Assembly: GCA_039815185.1 (NCBI GenBank)
Contig: JBCBZT010000046.1
Location: forward strand, 1-62,057
Reading direction: 5' to 3'
DNA length: 62,057 nucleotides
Source of the DNA: Cyanobacteria bacterium P01_A01_bin.123
GTDB lineage: Bacteria; Cyanobacteriota; Cyanobacteriia; Phormidesmidales; Phormidesmidaceae
This document shows positions 1-10,384 of this stretch, piece by piece (position 1 is the first letter of the stretch; each line of letters begins with the position of its first letter). The notes below the pieces were generated by a model. It had not been told where the DNA came from, made no database searches, and saw only the letters and a list, made by a program, of their open reading frames with translations. Made by a program: the position numbers and the translations under genes.

Positions 1-161
1 ATAAACTGTCCCTGGTCAGGGGCGATTTGCATGATACTAGCTGGATGCTTGGCGGTGTCTTGACGCAGTTGGGTGAGGATTTCGGACTCGCGGAGGGAAA
101 CGGAGAGCAGGTAGTCGTAGAGATGGGAGCTTAGCTTGCCCGTTTTGGTAGACATAGTCAT
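1..161 (-). CDS. SAM-dependent O-methyltransferase (CCoAOMT/catechol-OMT type), 5' part; runs off window
   Basis: Manual translation MTMSTKTGKLSSHLYDYLLSVSLRESEILTQLRQDTAKHPASIMQIAPDQGQF closely matches the N-terminus of 50928..51614; GGAG RBS upstream. Confidence 0.85.
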   Translation of the reverse strand, partial: MTMSTKTGKLSSHLYDYLLSVSLRESEILTQLRQDTAKHPASIMQIAPDQGQF

Positions 162-339
162 GTTCTCCTGTGGTAGAGGCATTAAAAAGTACGCTCAGAG
201 GGGGGTGAGACTCTGGGCAAAGGCATCGTAATGCTTCTGGGGGTTAAAATTCCTTTGTCAGTTGGAGTTTTTTCTTCGCGAAATGGACTTTTTGAGGTGC
301 AATCTGACTTCAGTACTTTGGCTACTGATACTCTGATGC

Positions 340-645
340 TTAGTCTGGCGTAAGCAGTTGCTCTTTCAGCGCTTCGAGATATAGCTCCGTGTCAATGGGA
401 CCGGGTAATCCCAAACACAAATAAGCGGGAATAAAGTATACGCGTCCGGCTTTACTGGCATTTAGGGACTGGGCGATCGCATTTTTCTGTCACTGCTGCT
501 GGAGACTCTGAAGCTGATGCTACACAAAATCATTTTGAGAAAGGGACTTGTACTGAGCTGCGTTAGCTGCGTTGCCCAAAATCAAGTCTGGTTCAACTTT
601 GGCGATCGCGGCCTGTCTCAGCCTGAACATCGATGATGCCGACAT
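340..645 (-). pseudogene. Internally deleted iron-siderophore periplasmic binding protein (FecB/FhuD-like)
   Basis: Reads MSASSMFRLRQAAIA|KVEPDLILGNAANAAQYKSLSQ|NDFV*HQLQSLQQQ*QKNAIAQSLNASKAGRVYFIPAYLCLGLPGPIDTELYLEALKEQLLTPD*. Pieces align to the middle and C-terminus of 10509..11597; two deletions and two stops. Confidence 0.75.
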
Positions 646-656
646 CGACTATATTG

Positions 657-2685
657 CTATCCCACATCACTAAGCTCGACCTGTCGCAGTCTACGTATCC
701 TGTAACCCCCTGCAGTAACCAGCACACCACAGCTCGCAAATAGTGTCATCTGTAATGCCATGCTAGCACCGGGGCCAGTCCCAAAGATACCGCCAAAAAG
801 TTGAGATAGCGTCTCACCGGGTTGCATCGCAGGTTCAAAGACATGGTCGGCTAGGGGGCCTGAAATTGCCGCATCTAGAGGTGTCGCCAACTGTGTCAAT
901 AAGAATCGAGTGGCAAACACCCGCCCTTGCACCTCTGGTTCTACCTTGGCTCGCCAAATTGCCTGACTGCAACTGCCCGGAAACGGTGAACAAAACCCAC
1001 TCACTAATGCCGTTCCCATTTTGGTAGCGGTGTTCTGAGCCAGGGCCAGTATCAAAAGCCCCACTTTCCAAATCGCGCTGGTGATCAACACCCCATGAAT
1101 GCGCCGCTTCGGCCCCCCCCACAGACTGAGGGTTAACCCGCCCAGCACCCCACCAACACCAAAGCAGGAAAACAGCGTTCCCACCATGGCAGCATCGCTC
1201 CCGCTGCGAGCCAACACCATCGGCGGCAAAAGGCTAAAGCTGGCACTGTCGATAAAGTTGCTAATTAAGAAAAAGCTTAGGAGCGTTCTTAGATTCGGTC
1301 GCTGCCATAGATAGCGGATACCAAAGGTCAACTGTTGCAAAACCGTTTCTGAGGCTGCTGACTGATGGGGAAGGTGCTCGGTTTGGCGAGGCTGCGGGAT
1401 AGCAACCAGGCTAAGGGTGGCGATCGCGATCGCAAATGTCACCAGATCAATCACAAGAATCCCTCTAAGCCCCGTAATGGCATATATGCTCCCGGCAATG
1501 GCCGGAGCAACAATATAGCTGCCCGATAGCTGCAAGGATTCAAAAAGAGATTCTAAGGAAACATTTTGCGGACCTTGGGCCTGAGATTGGCTGGGAGGAC
1601 GGGCGATGCCTGCATCGGCTAACACGCTGCCCGCAAAGGGTTCGGTTCCCGAAGCCCTAATCAGCCCCGGCAAGATGGATACGATAGAGACTTGGGGTTG
1701 TGTGGCTTTTTGGGACAATTGATCTTTGACTTGCTGCACTTTGGCTGCGTAGGTGGCAGTTAACTTTTCAGTTTCGGTGGATTTGCCCAGTGCTTCTCCA
1801 CACAGGCGAGTGAGTTCTTTCCATTCAGCACTGCCATCAATATCCAGCACCACAGTGGGGGCAATCCGTGTCAACTGGCCATATCCATCGCCAATTCTAT
1901 ATTTACTGGTGAGAATCAAGTCTGGTTTCAGGGCGGCAATCTTCTCCAAATTAGGCTGATTTGGATCGCCTGCTTCTGACATTGTTGCCCTATCCAACGA
2001 GAGATGGCGCAGTTCATCAACGACACCGCTGGGCACCCCGATTGGCTGTACCCCATGGGCTACCACCGCTTCGACCGTGGTATATCCCAATGCAATCACC
2101 CGAGTTGGATTCGCGGGAACCTCGGTTTCGCCAAAGGCATGTTTGACGCGTTTAACATCTTTAGATGTAGACGCGATCGTTTGATTGAGCATCCCCATCG
2201 GCGTTGCGTGTGAACCGCCACCGTGGTATCGATCGATCAATTGAATAATGCGCGCGGCGGTACCTTGGAGTTGAGGTGACAGGCGTTCCACAAAGGCTTG
2301 AAAATAAGCGATCAGGGCAGGTCGTTTGAACCAAACTTCAACGTTGAAACAGTGTTTCTATGGGTGGCTTTATCCAAAATTCTTTTAAGCCAAAATAGGG
2401 CATAACGGAGCTGTATCCAGCGTCAGGGCCAGCCAAGCGAAACTCAAATTCCAAGTAATTGCTCTTACCGGGTCTGTCAATGACTGTTTCTTGGTTGAGA
2501 GTATAGTCGTGAATTTCCAGGCTTAAATCATCTCGCAGCGGAATTGCTTGGCAATAGCCTTGTCCCATGTGGGGCGAACAAACCTGAATGAAATCAGCCT
2601 CATCGGCATGGAACAGCCGTGAATCGCTCGGACTCCCAGGTAAAAAACAATCATCGAAACGATTTATAGCCAGCGGCGTTTTCAT
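657..2685 (-). pseudogene. Chimeric relic: AraC N-terminus (frameshifted near 2360) fused to a periplasmic binding protein core fused to an MFS C-terminal part
   Basis: 2685-2180 matches AraC 6754..7845 (VEVWFKRPALIAYFQAFVERLSP...YHGGGS); ~2170-1545 is FecB-like (KHAFGETEVP, PNLEKIAALKPDLI); ~1545-657 is MFS-like (WGGPKRRIHG, QGRVFA). Confidence 0.8.
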
Positions 2686-2714
2686 AGGGGCACTCAGTCC
2701 AAAGGCCAATCATT

Positions 2715-2733
2715 AATGAAAATAATTTGCATT
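2715..2733. promoter_or_regulatory. Fur box
   Basis: AATGAAAATAATTTGCATT, 19-bp imperfect palindrome resembling Fur consensus, upstream of the AraC relic. Confidence 0.65.
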
Positions 2734-2776
2734 ATAGACCTGCATTGCCAATTCATCGCTCAAATCAATCAGCCCC

Positions 2777-3874
2777 TCAATTCTGGAAGAAAAACTGACG
2801 TAACTGTTCTAGAACCAGCTCTGCACCAATGGGGCCATTAAGTCCATTCCATTTGTAGAAGGTGGCGAAGTAAACCCGGTTTTCTTGGCTGGCGGTGAGG
2901 GACTGGGCAATGTCATTGGCTTGCCAATTTTGCTGAATCGCGTGCACCTGATGGGACTCAACCCGCTGAGTTGCCGCCACATCGGCGGATGAGGCTAAAT
3001 TTTCTAGTCCCTCACTGACATCTGCATTCCAGCCCAGAACAATGATTGAGTCAGCATCATTGAGGGTCGGCAGCGCTTCAATGGACATGAGTGGATTGGC
3101 AGCATCAAGGGCAGCAGGCGGGGGGATGAGCTGAAATCCGACGCCACTGAGTAATTCACCCAAATAACTCTCAGGATTGACCACTAAAAAGCCCTCGTCT
3201 AGGTGGTTAGCCCCCAATAGCAATAGCTTTGGATGCGCCGAAACCACACCGGCCAGGTCAGCTCGCACATTGGCGATGCGGGTTTCATACTGCTGAATGA
3301 CTGATTCTGCTTTTTCAACTTGGCCCAGAGCAGCTGCCAGATCTCGCAGGCTCTCCTGCCACTTACCTTTATCGGTGCGATTCTGCCATAGGAGGGTGGG
3401 GGCAATCTGAGACAGCAAATCATAATCGTCAGCATTGCGGCTCGCCTCGCCGACGATCAAGTCTGGCTTGAGTGCAGATAGCTTTTCTAGGGAGGGCGTA
3501 TGATCATCCCCTAGGTTTACGGGCTGAGTTGTGAGGCGATCGCCCAGATAAGGAATTTGCTGGGCGGGATTGTCGAAAACTTCTCCCCGATGAACATTGA
3601 GCGTCATCGTCCCAGCAATCGGCTGGCCATCTAACGACAGCAGCAAATCCAGGACGTGGAGACTCAGCGTCACGACCTTCTGCGGTTGGCCACAGATTTC
3701 TGTTTCACCCAGATCGTGTTGAACGACCCGACAGTCTGCTGCTGGCTGAGTTGTTGATTCCAGTGCTGGGTTATTGGCTGAATGATTCCTCGTTAAGAGA
3801 CCACAGCCAACGGTAAGAACGACGGTCAGGAGACTTAGCACCAACCAATTTGCCAATCGCTTTAGCTCTTGCAT
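2777..3874 (-). CDS. Iron-siderophore ABC substrate-binding lipoprotein (FecB/FhuD-like)
   Basis: Lipobox LTVGC, HDLGETEIC, PSLEKLSALKPDLI, IAPT; ATG directly after the TBDT stop. Confidence 0.9.
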   Translation of the reverse strand: MQELKRLANWLVLSLLTVVLTVGCGLLTRNHSANNPALESTTQPAADCRVVQHDLGETEICGQPQKVVTLSLHVLDLLLSLDGQPIAGTMTLNVHRGEVFDNPAQQIPYLGDRLTTQPVNLGDDHTPSLEKLSALKPDLIVGEASRNADDYDLLSQIAPTLLWQNRTDKGKWQESLRDLAAALGQVEKAESVIQQYETRIANVRADLAGVVSAHPKLLLLGANHLDEGFLVVNPESYLGELLSGVGFQLIPPPAALDAANPLMSIEALPTLNDADSIIVLGWNADVSEGLENLASSADVAATQRVESHQVHAIQQNWQANDIAQSLTASQENRVYFATFYKWNGLNGPIGAELVLEQLRQFFFQN

Positions 3875-3878
3875 GGGC

Positions 3879-6590
3879 TCAAAATTCAATGGAGAATGAA
3901 CCAATTAGGGTGAACCCTTCACCCGGATCGATTCTCTGGGTTCTGCTGTTTCCCCCACTCCGAATGTAATCCACATCGAACAGATTACGAATGTTGAAAC
4001 CGATTTGCCAATTATCGTGCTGATAGGAAATCGCCGCATTCGTGAGGAAATAGCTGTCGAGTCCAAAGCTATTGGCATTGTCACCCAAGCGCTCACTGGC
4101 ATAGTTCAAGCCAAGGCCAAACCCCAAGCCTTCTAAAGGGCCATCTTGAATGTCGTAGGTGGTCCACAAATTAACGTTGTGTTCAGGTACGTTGAACAGA
4201 AGATTGCCTTCTAAACCGCTATTATCATCTGTAATTCTGGCGTCGGTATAAGCATAGTTGGCAACCAGGTTCCACCCCGGCACAATCTCGCCAATGACAT
4301 CTAACTCCACGCCCTGGCTACGCTGTTCACCCGTGGCAATAAAAGAGTCAGGAAACAGTGGATCTGGTGTGGCGACATTTTGGAGGGTAACGTCAAAATA
4401 GGCAAGACTCACGGCTAATTGCCCCGCTAGCAGTTCTGCTTTAGCCCCAATTTCAAACTGTTCACCGCTCTCCGGTTCTAGGATATCTCCGGCGGCAGTA
4501 GTGACAGTATTGGGAGAAAACGATCGGCTATAGCTGGCAAACAAAGACACTTCTTCAATGGGTTGATACACCACGCCAACTCTTGGGCTAAAAGCATCGT
4601 CTGAACGGGTCGATTGGGATGCTGTTGGCACGAAGAATGATGGATTATTGGTGGTGTTTTGATTAAACGTGTCGTAGCGAACCCCAAGCAGGAGATTGAG
4701 ATTGTCCAACACGGCTACCTGGTCTTGGAGGTAGATGCCAAGTGCATCTGTCCGAGACACATCAGAAAAAGCAATCGGAAAATCTGCTGGATTTTGATCA
4801 GAAACATTACCGTAGACTGGGTTAAAGACATTCAGCAGAGTGGGTGCAAATATATTACTTCGTAGCACAGTGCCACTATTCCGTCGGAACAGATCAACCC
4901 CAACTAACAAAGTATGTCCAATGTCTCCTGTGTTAAATTCAGCGACCAGATTCGTCTGCAGGTCAAAGGTCTCATCAGGCGGATCGTCTTCTCCCAAAAA
5001 GATAGTGAATCGGGTTAAATCTCCTGTCGCCTCGTTGAATCCCAAGAAGCCAAAGGCAGAGGTGTTTAGAGAGTCAAAGTCCACTCTGTAATAGCTGAAA
5101 GCGTTTCGCAAGGTCAAGCTGTCGTTAAAACGATGCTCGAAGGTGTATCCCGTTCGTAATGTTTCATTCTCGGAAAAATCACCGGGTTCTCCTAATGCCC
5201 GATCGGAGGGGATATCGGCGACTTCATTGCCGATCGCGACCAGACCAAAATCGGCAGGGCGCTCTTCATTGACATACTCTAAGTAAACGCTTAAATCGGT
5301 GCGATCGCTAATTTGCCAGCTGACAACAGGCGCTACAAAAAAGCGTTCAATATTGGTATCAAAGTCCCGATAATAGCCTTCATTGGTATAAGAGGCATTC
5401 AAGCGATACAGTAGGCGACCATCCTCGGTGAGGGGGCCAGAAATATCGATACTTGGGTTGAGTATTCCTCGACTGCCGCCCCTGAACCCAAATTCATAAA
5501 ATGGTTCACTCAATGGCTGTTCGGTGACCAAGTTAATCACGCCACCCGGCTCGGTGACACCAAACAAGATAGCGGCTGGCCCTTTGAGTACCTCAATCTG
5601 CTCAATATTAGACAAATCCTGAGTACTAATCGCCCCACTGGCACCAAAGGTCAGTCGAAAGCCATCCCGCAACACGGAGGCATTTTCAAACCCCCGCACG
5701 ATAAATCGCAGCCCTGTCCCATCGTTATTACTTCTAGAAGGCGTGACGCCACTAGCATTGCGCAGGGCCTCATCCAAATTTGTCACCCCCTGATCTTCGA
5801 GCACTTCCTGGGGAATCACCTGAATCGACTGGGGAATATCACGTAGGGGGGTATCGGTACGGGTGGCAGTGGTGGCATTGGGCTCATAGTAACGACTGCC
5901 TTCCTCGCCCGTTACCACGATCTGCAGTGCCTCATCTCCTTCAACCGCTTGGGCAATCCCTGGTACTGCCGTCAGGGTTAATGTCGTTGCTGCCGCATTA
6001 ACCTCAACCGCAGGGGCCGCGTCGGTGCCAGTAATCGCCACCTGCACCCGATCTCCCGGCAACCCGGTGACCTGCACCAGGGCAATGCCCTCGGCGGGTT
6101 CAAATTGTTCAAATGCCTCCCCTGTCAGTACCGCATTGGGAATCTCGGCAATCAGGGCATTGCCTGACACCGTCGTGGTGGGTGCAGTTAACTCACCGTC
6201 AGCGGTTTCTAGGATGACTTGCAGACCTGCTTCGGTTGCTTCTAGACGAACCCCGGTAATTTGCACCAATGAGGCTTCGATTTGAGCCAGCCAGTTTGTG
6301 ACGGTTGTGGTAGGTTGGCTTCGACGTGAGGCTTCGACGGTGAGCGGTTCGGCTGAGTTCACCGTCGAAGCTTCAGCCGAACCGCTCAGCCGTAGGCGTA
6401 GCCTTCCCGGAGGGAATACGGGAGCTTGGAAGGGGGAGACGATGGGTCGGGCGATTTCTTCAGTGTCTACCTCTCTAACATCTTCTAGCTCGGATGCGAA
6501 CTGACCAGTCAGCGCTTGAGCATTCGCCCCTTGGCCACTCACTACGGTCATCAGTGTTAGCAAACTCAAACCTGGCAACCATTTTTCCAT
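3879..6590 (-). CDS. TonB-dependent siderophore receptor with N-terminal AMIN domain
   Basis: Signal peptide, AMIN region, ATRTDTPLRDIPQSI, IEVLKGPAAILFG..GGVINL plug, C-terminal Phe; ATG after GTGTGAGG. Confidence 0.95.
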   Translation of the reverse strand: MEKWLPGLSLLTLMTVVSGQGANAQALTGQFASELEDVREVDTEEIARPIVSPFQAPVFPPGRLRLRLSGSAEASTVNSAEPLTVEASRRSQPTTTVTNWLAQIEASLVQITGVRLEATEAGLQVILETADGELTAPTTTVSGNALIAEIPNAVLTGEAFEQFEPAEGIALVQVTGLPGDRVQVAITGTDAAPAVEVNAAATTLTLTAVPGIAQAVEGDEALQIVVTGEEGSRYYEPNATTATRTDTPLRDIPQSIQVIPQEVLEDQGVTNLDEALRNASGVTPSRSNNDGTGLRFIVRGFENASVLRDGFRLTFGASGAISTQDLSNIEQIEVLKGPAAILFGVTEPGGVINLVTEQPLSEPFYEFGFRGGSRGILNPSIDISGPLTEDGRLLYRLNASYTNEGYYRDFDTNIERFFVAPVVSWQISDRTDLSVYLEYVNEERPADFGLVAIGNEVADIPSDRALGEPGDFSENETLRTGYTFEHRFNDSLTLRNAFSYYRVDFDSLNTSAFGFLGFNEATGDLTRFTIFLGEDDPPDETFDLQTNLVAEFNTGDIGHTLLVGVDLFRRNSGTVLRSNIFAPTLLNVFNPVYGNVSDQNPADFPIAFSDVSRTDALGIYLQDQVAVLDNLNLLLGVRYDTFNQNTTNNPSFFVPTASQSTRSDDAFSPRVGVVYQPIEEVSLFASYSRSFSPNTVTTAAGDILEPESGEQFEIGAKAELLAGQLAVSLAYFDVTLQNVATPDPLFPDSFIATGEQRSQGVELDVIGEIVPGWNLVANYAYTDARITDDNSGLEGNLLFNVPEHNVNLWTTYDIQDGPLEGLGFGLGLNYASERLGDNANSFGLDSYFLTNAAISYQHDNWQIGFNIRNLFDVDYIRSGGNSRTQRIDPGEGFTLIGSFSIEF
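6317..6420. repeat. Nested palindromic small dispersed repeat inserted in frame in the TBDT N-terminus
   Basis: GCTTCGACGGTGA (6331) pairs with TCACCGTCGAAGC (6359); TGAGCGGTTCGGCTGA (6341) pairs with TCAGCCGAACCGCTCA (6373); the segment is absent from paralogues. Confidence 0.65.
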
Positions 6591-6678
6591 CGTCTTCCTC
6601 ACACACGACTGCTGCTACAGCCCAACGAGTAGGCAGCAAACATCATCTGTTACTGCCAAAGCTCGATCGATTGAACTT

Positions 6679-6754
6679 AAAGCGAATTATTCTCGACTAG
6701 CGTATGGGAGCTGCCAAGCACTTCCTAGAGATTTTGAACGGTAAACGCATTTTT
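6679..6754 (-). promoter_or_regulatory. TBDT promoter: putative AraC site, -10 TACGCT, Fur-like box (6679-6697)
   Basis: Minus strand AAAAATGCGTTT...CAAAATCTCTAGGAAG mirrors the equivalent site upstream of the paralogous TBDT (~14284-14320). Confidence 0.5.
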
Positions 6755-7845
6755 TAGCTGGCTTGTTGCCAAGCTTGCATCTGAAATGATTTTGGGTTGA
6801 TGCCAAACGCCTGACGAAAGGCTAAGGCAAAGTGACTACGGTTGTTGTAACCGACAGCTGCCGCAACCTCAACGATAGAAAGATTTGAAATCATCAACAG
6901 TCGGTGGGCTTGCGACAGGCGATAGTCGCGGAGATACTCATAGGGAGTAGTGCCATACACGTTGTGAAAGCCTCGATTGAGCTTCAGCCGATTGGTGCTG
7001 ACCTGGCGGGCTAATGCTTCTACCGTTGGCGGATGAGCAGCTTGTTCTCTCAAGATGGCAGCCGCTTGGTGAATGCACTCCAGATCAGCCTGATTGAGGG
7101 GGGGATGCACCATCGCTTCTAAACGAAGCGCAACGAGTTTTAAGACTTGGCGTTCTAGATAGGTTCGACGGGTTGCCCCTTGATAAGGGCAGCTAAGAAT
7201 ATGCCCAATTACCTGCTTCATAGCAGGCGTGATCATGCTGCAAGTAGCATAGTCAAGGTCGAGTGCCTCGGTATATAGGACATTGGGGGCAACCTGCTCG
7301 AAGAGAAAGTGAGGATCGGGTGCGATAGAACGGTCAAAAATCCGGTTTAGCCTCCCCACCGGAGTTGAGCTAGAGCCGCCACCATGATAACGATACATCA
7401 ATTTAATAATGCGCTCTGCAATGGCCTGGGTGTGAGGGGACAAACGCTCCATAAAGGCTTTCAGGTAGGTGATCAGCGTCGGTCGTTTGAAGAAAACCTC
7501 GACTTTGAAAACCCGTTTGCGTGCTTGTTTAGGCCTAAGGGTTTTCCACCCGAAGTAAGGCACTAAAAAACTGTATCCAGCACCTGCACCTGCTACCGAA
7601 AAAGCAAACTCTAGTAAATCACCCTGACTCTGTATGTCCATCACTAAGTCCTGATTGAACATGTGATCATGGATAAAAAGGCTAACATCATCGCGCAGCA
7701 AGATTTCTTGAAAATAGCCTTGACCGAGGTGTGCAGGGCATACCAGAATGCGATCCGAAGCATCGGCATGCAAAAGCCGTGAATCGTTTGGGCTACCCGG
7801 TTCAAGCCAGTCGTCCCAATGATTCAAAACTAGTCGCGTTGTCAT
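6754..7845 (-). CDS. AraC-family (PchR-like) transcriptional regulator
   Basis: ILSCPYQG, PPTVEALARQV, AVGYNNRSHFALAFRQAFGINPK HTH signature. Confidence 0.93.
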   Translation of the reverse strand: MTTRLVLNHWDDWLEPGSPNDSRLLHADASDRILVCPAHLGQGYFQEILLRDDVSLFIHDHMFNQDLVMDIQSQGDLLEFAFSVAGAGAGYSFLVPYFGWKTLRPKQARKRVFKVEVFFKRPTLITYLKAFMERLSPHTQAIAERIIKLMYRYHGGGSSSTPVGRLNRIFDRSIAPDPHFLFEQVAPNVLYTEALDLDYATCSMITPAMKQVIGHILSCPYQGATRRTYLERQVLKLVALRLEAMVHPPLNQADLECIHQAAAILREQAAHPPTVEALARQVSTNRLKLNRGFHNVYGTTPYEYLRDYRLSQAHRLLMISNLSIVEVAAAVGYNNRSHFALAFRQAFGINPKSFQMQAWQQAS

Positions 7846-7874
7846 ATTGACGTTGGAACAAACGGTTAATCACT

Positions 7875-7893
7875 GATGAGAATAAGTTGCATT
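7875..7893. promoter_or_regulatory. Fur box
   Basis: GATGAGAATAAGTTGCATT, 30 nt upstream of the AraC start. Confidence 0.65.
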
Positions 7894-8002
7894 ATAGGAC
7901 AACCAAGGAAGGCTGACATCATTGCGGTTAAATCAGCACTGCTGTGATTTCACCGTTCAAGCCATTCCATATAATGCTGTCGAGCCTAAACCCTGATTAG
8001 TG

Positions 8003-8105
8003 ATAGCGCTGGTCAGATTGCTTAATGCACCGAGTATCGCTGGGATATTTAGTCTACAAGCAATCTGGCTCGCAGTCTTGTCCTTGTCAAACTAGCAACT
8101 GCTAT
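8003..8105 (+). repeat. ~104-bp two-hairpin dispersed element, copy 1
   Basis: ATAGCGCTGGTCAGATTGCTTAATGCACCGAGTATCGCTGGGAT...ACTGCTAT; homologous to 40521-40625 (-) and 45664-45768 (+). Confidence 0.8.
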
Positions 8106-8188
8106 TCAGAAAATTTGCGTTGTTACGTCACGATTGGCGATGGTGTGACTCTCTGCTGGATTGCGTTGCAAGCGCTATCCCCGCCTTT

Positions 8189-8989
8189 TTAGGTGTCTGT
8201 CTTTTGCAACCGTTCGAGGCGCAGCTGATGCTCTGGACTAAACAAAACGCGAAAAGCCAGCAGGATAACGCCAATACACGCTAGGGCAGTTCCGGCGGCA
8301 ATGGTGAAATAAATCACAATTTGATAGCGTACGGCATTGGCTGGATTTACCCCCGCCAGCATCTGCCCCGTCATCATGCCGGGTAAGCTGACTAAGCCCA
8401 GCACCATCATGGCGTTAATCGTAGGAATCATGCCGGTGCGCAGGGCTTCTTTGATAGTGTCGTTGGCAGCTTCCCAACGGGTGGCACCGAGGGCTAAGAG
8501 AGATTCAATCTGCGATCGCTGACTGACCACATCTTCCATGAATCGATCTAAAGCCAAAGACGTTCCTGTGAGGGCATTGCCCAACACCATCCCCAACAGC
8601 GGAATCACGTATTGCGGGTCATACCAGGGGTGGATATGAATAATGCCATCTACCAGCAGGCTGGTGACCAAGGCACTAGAGGCCAAAATTGACAGCAGAC
8701 TATTCCAATAGATAGACGGAAAACGGCGGCGAGTGCGGTTGACAGCGGCATTGCCGGCGATCGCGCTCATCGTTAGCACCAGCAACAAGACCGAAACGGG
8801 ATTATCTAAGGTAAACACCCAGCCCAAGATATAGCCGACCAAAAGGAGCTGAATGACCATCCGAAACGCGGCAATTCCCAGACGTTTGGCCAAACCAAGG
8901 CGCAAGCTTAGGGAAAGGATGATATTGATCAAAATCAGCGCAGCGGCGAGCAGGAGTTGCCAGTTGTCGATGGGGATATAGTTGGTCAT
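8189..8989 (-). CDS. fetB: Iron export ABC permease FetB/YbbM (UPF0014)
   Basis: RMVIQLLLVGY, PWYDPQYVIPLLGMVLGN, LALGATRWEA, GLVSLPGMMTGQ..AVRYQI; ATG at 8989 avoids overlap with the MFS gene. Confidence 0.9.
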   Translation of the reverse strand: MTNYIPIDNWQLLLAAALILINIILSLSLRLGLAKRLGIAAFRMVIQLLLVGYILGWVFTLDNPVSVLLLVLTMSAIAGNAAVNRTRRRFPSIYWNSLLSILASSALVTSLLVDGIIHIHPWYDPQYVIPLLGMVLGNALTGTSLALDRFMEDVVSQRSQIESLLALGATRWEAANDTIKEALRTGMIPTINAMMVLGLVSLPGMMTGQMLAGVNPANAVRYQIVIYFTIAAGTALACIGVILLAFRVLFSPEHQLRLERLQKTDT

Positions 8990-9011
8990 GGGGGAGTGGG
9001 GGAGTGGGGGA

Positions 9012-10286
9012 TTAATTGGACTCACTAGCTGCAATAGTTTTGAGTTGGGGGATAAAGAATCCGTTAACGCCAACTAGCATCATCATCAGTGCACAAAGGA
9101 CATAGAGCAAGCTCATTCCAGCCCCAACCCCAGTGCCAAAAGCTGGGCTAAACAGTTGGGACAAGCTACCCCCTGGCAACATTGCGGGTTCGACTCCTCG
9201 ATCGGCTAAAGGCCCAGCAATTAAGGCTGCGATCGCGCTCACGACCTGCGTTACCAGTGCCCTAGCCGCAAATACCCGTCCTTGTTTCTCAGGTACAACT
9301 TGCTCCATCCACAGGGCATTGCCTGAACTCCCCAATAGGGGAAAGTTAAGAGACGAACAAAATTGGGTGGGTAGCCAAACCTGGGGCGATCGCCCCAGGC
9401 CAAAGCCGATTTTGCAAATGCCTGCCCCGATAAACCCAGCTAACATGCCGTGAATGCGACGTTTGGGGCCGCCCCAAAGGCTTAGCAGCACTGCACCAGC
9501 CACACCGCCTAAGCCAGCCGCAGTCGCCGTACCGGCCAGAATTTCAGCACTGCCGTTAGTGCGGGCCAAAATCATCGGTTGGTAGATCGCACTGCCTAAA
9601 TCGTGGGCAAACCAGAAAATCGCCGCAAGCAGCAGCAGCGTTCGAAGACTAGACCGTTGCCAGATATATCGAAAACCAAAGGTCAGTTTACTCAAGATGG
9701 TTTCTGACTGAGATTTCTCCTGAGGCTGGGGTTGGGGAATCGGGACAGCCAATAGGGTAGCGATCGCGATCGTAAACGTTACCAAGTCGATCAGCAAAAT
9801 GCCTGCCAGACCAATTCTTGGATAAAGCATCCCGGCCAAAGCAGGGCCGATAATGTTTGAACCGTAGTGCACCACAGCAGCCATGCTATTGGCTCGGGTG
9901 TAGTGTTGCTTGGGCACGATCAGGGTCATGGAGGTTTGATAGGCTAACATCTGAATTTGCCCGAAGCTGCCAATCAAAATAGCGACCAAGTAGAAATGCC
10001 AGATTTGCAGATGACCCATGAGATAAAGCGCACCAATGGTTAGGGTCGCCAGGGCGGTAATGCCATCTCCGAGGATCATCAATCGCTTGCGATTAAAGCG
10101 ATCGACAATCAGCCCAGAAATGAGGGTGATTGGAATTCGAGAGAGCTGTAAGAAAAAAACTAGCAGGGCAAGCGCTGTGGCAGATCCAGTGGTATCCCAA
10201 ACCCAAAGAGTGAGGGCAAAATAGGTCATGTAGCTGCCAATCGTGGAGACAAACTGGCCAAACCAAATCAGCGTGAAAATCCGCAT
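9012..10286 (-). CDS. MFS transporter (DHA3/EntS-like)
   Basis: 12-TM hydrophobic pattern, WFGQFVSTIGS, VDRFNRKRLM, QGRVFA. Confidence 0.9.
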   Translation of the reverse strand: MRIFTLIWFGQFVSTIGSYMTYFALTLWVWDTTGSATALALLVFFLQLSRIPITLISGLIVDRFNRKRLMILGDGITALATLTIGALYLMGHLQIWHFYLVAILIGSFGQIQMLAYQTSMTLIVPKQHYTRANSMAAVVHYGSNIIGPALAGMLYPRIGLAGILLIDLVTFTIAIATLLAVPIPQPQPQEKSQSETILSKLTFGFRYIWQRSSLRTLLLLAAIFWFAHDLGSAIYQPMILARTNGSAEILAGTATAAGLGGVAGAVLLSLWGGPKRRIHGMLAGFIGAGICKIGFGLGRSPQVWLPTQFCSSLNFPLLGSSGNALWMEQVVPEKQGRVFAARALVTQVVSAIAALIAGPLADRGVEPAMLPGGSLSQLFSPAFGTGVGAGMSLLYVLCALMMMLVGVNGFFIPQLKTIAASESN

Positions 10287-10384
10287 GCATTAAATCCCCA
10301 TCCGATTGGAAAACTTGAGTGAGGCACAGAACCTGACACCCCCTAGGGACAACTTGGAGACCTGGATATTGCCAAGGCGTTGGG

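Noticed and set aside
162..340. Possible riboswitch upstream of the O-methyltransferase
   Set aside because: No recognisable SAM or cobalamin consensus.
657..2291. Novel functional binding protein-MFS fusion transporter
   Set aside because: No signal peptide, both parts are truncated, and it begins with an AraC fragment behind a frameshift; better explained as deletion debris.
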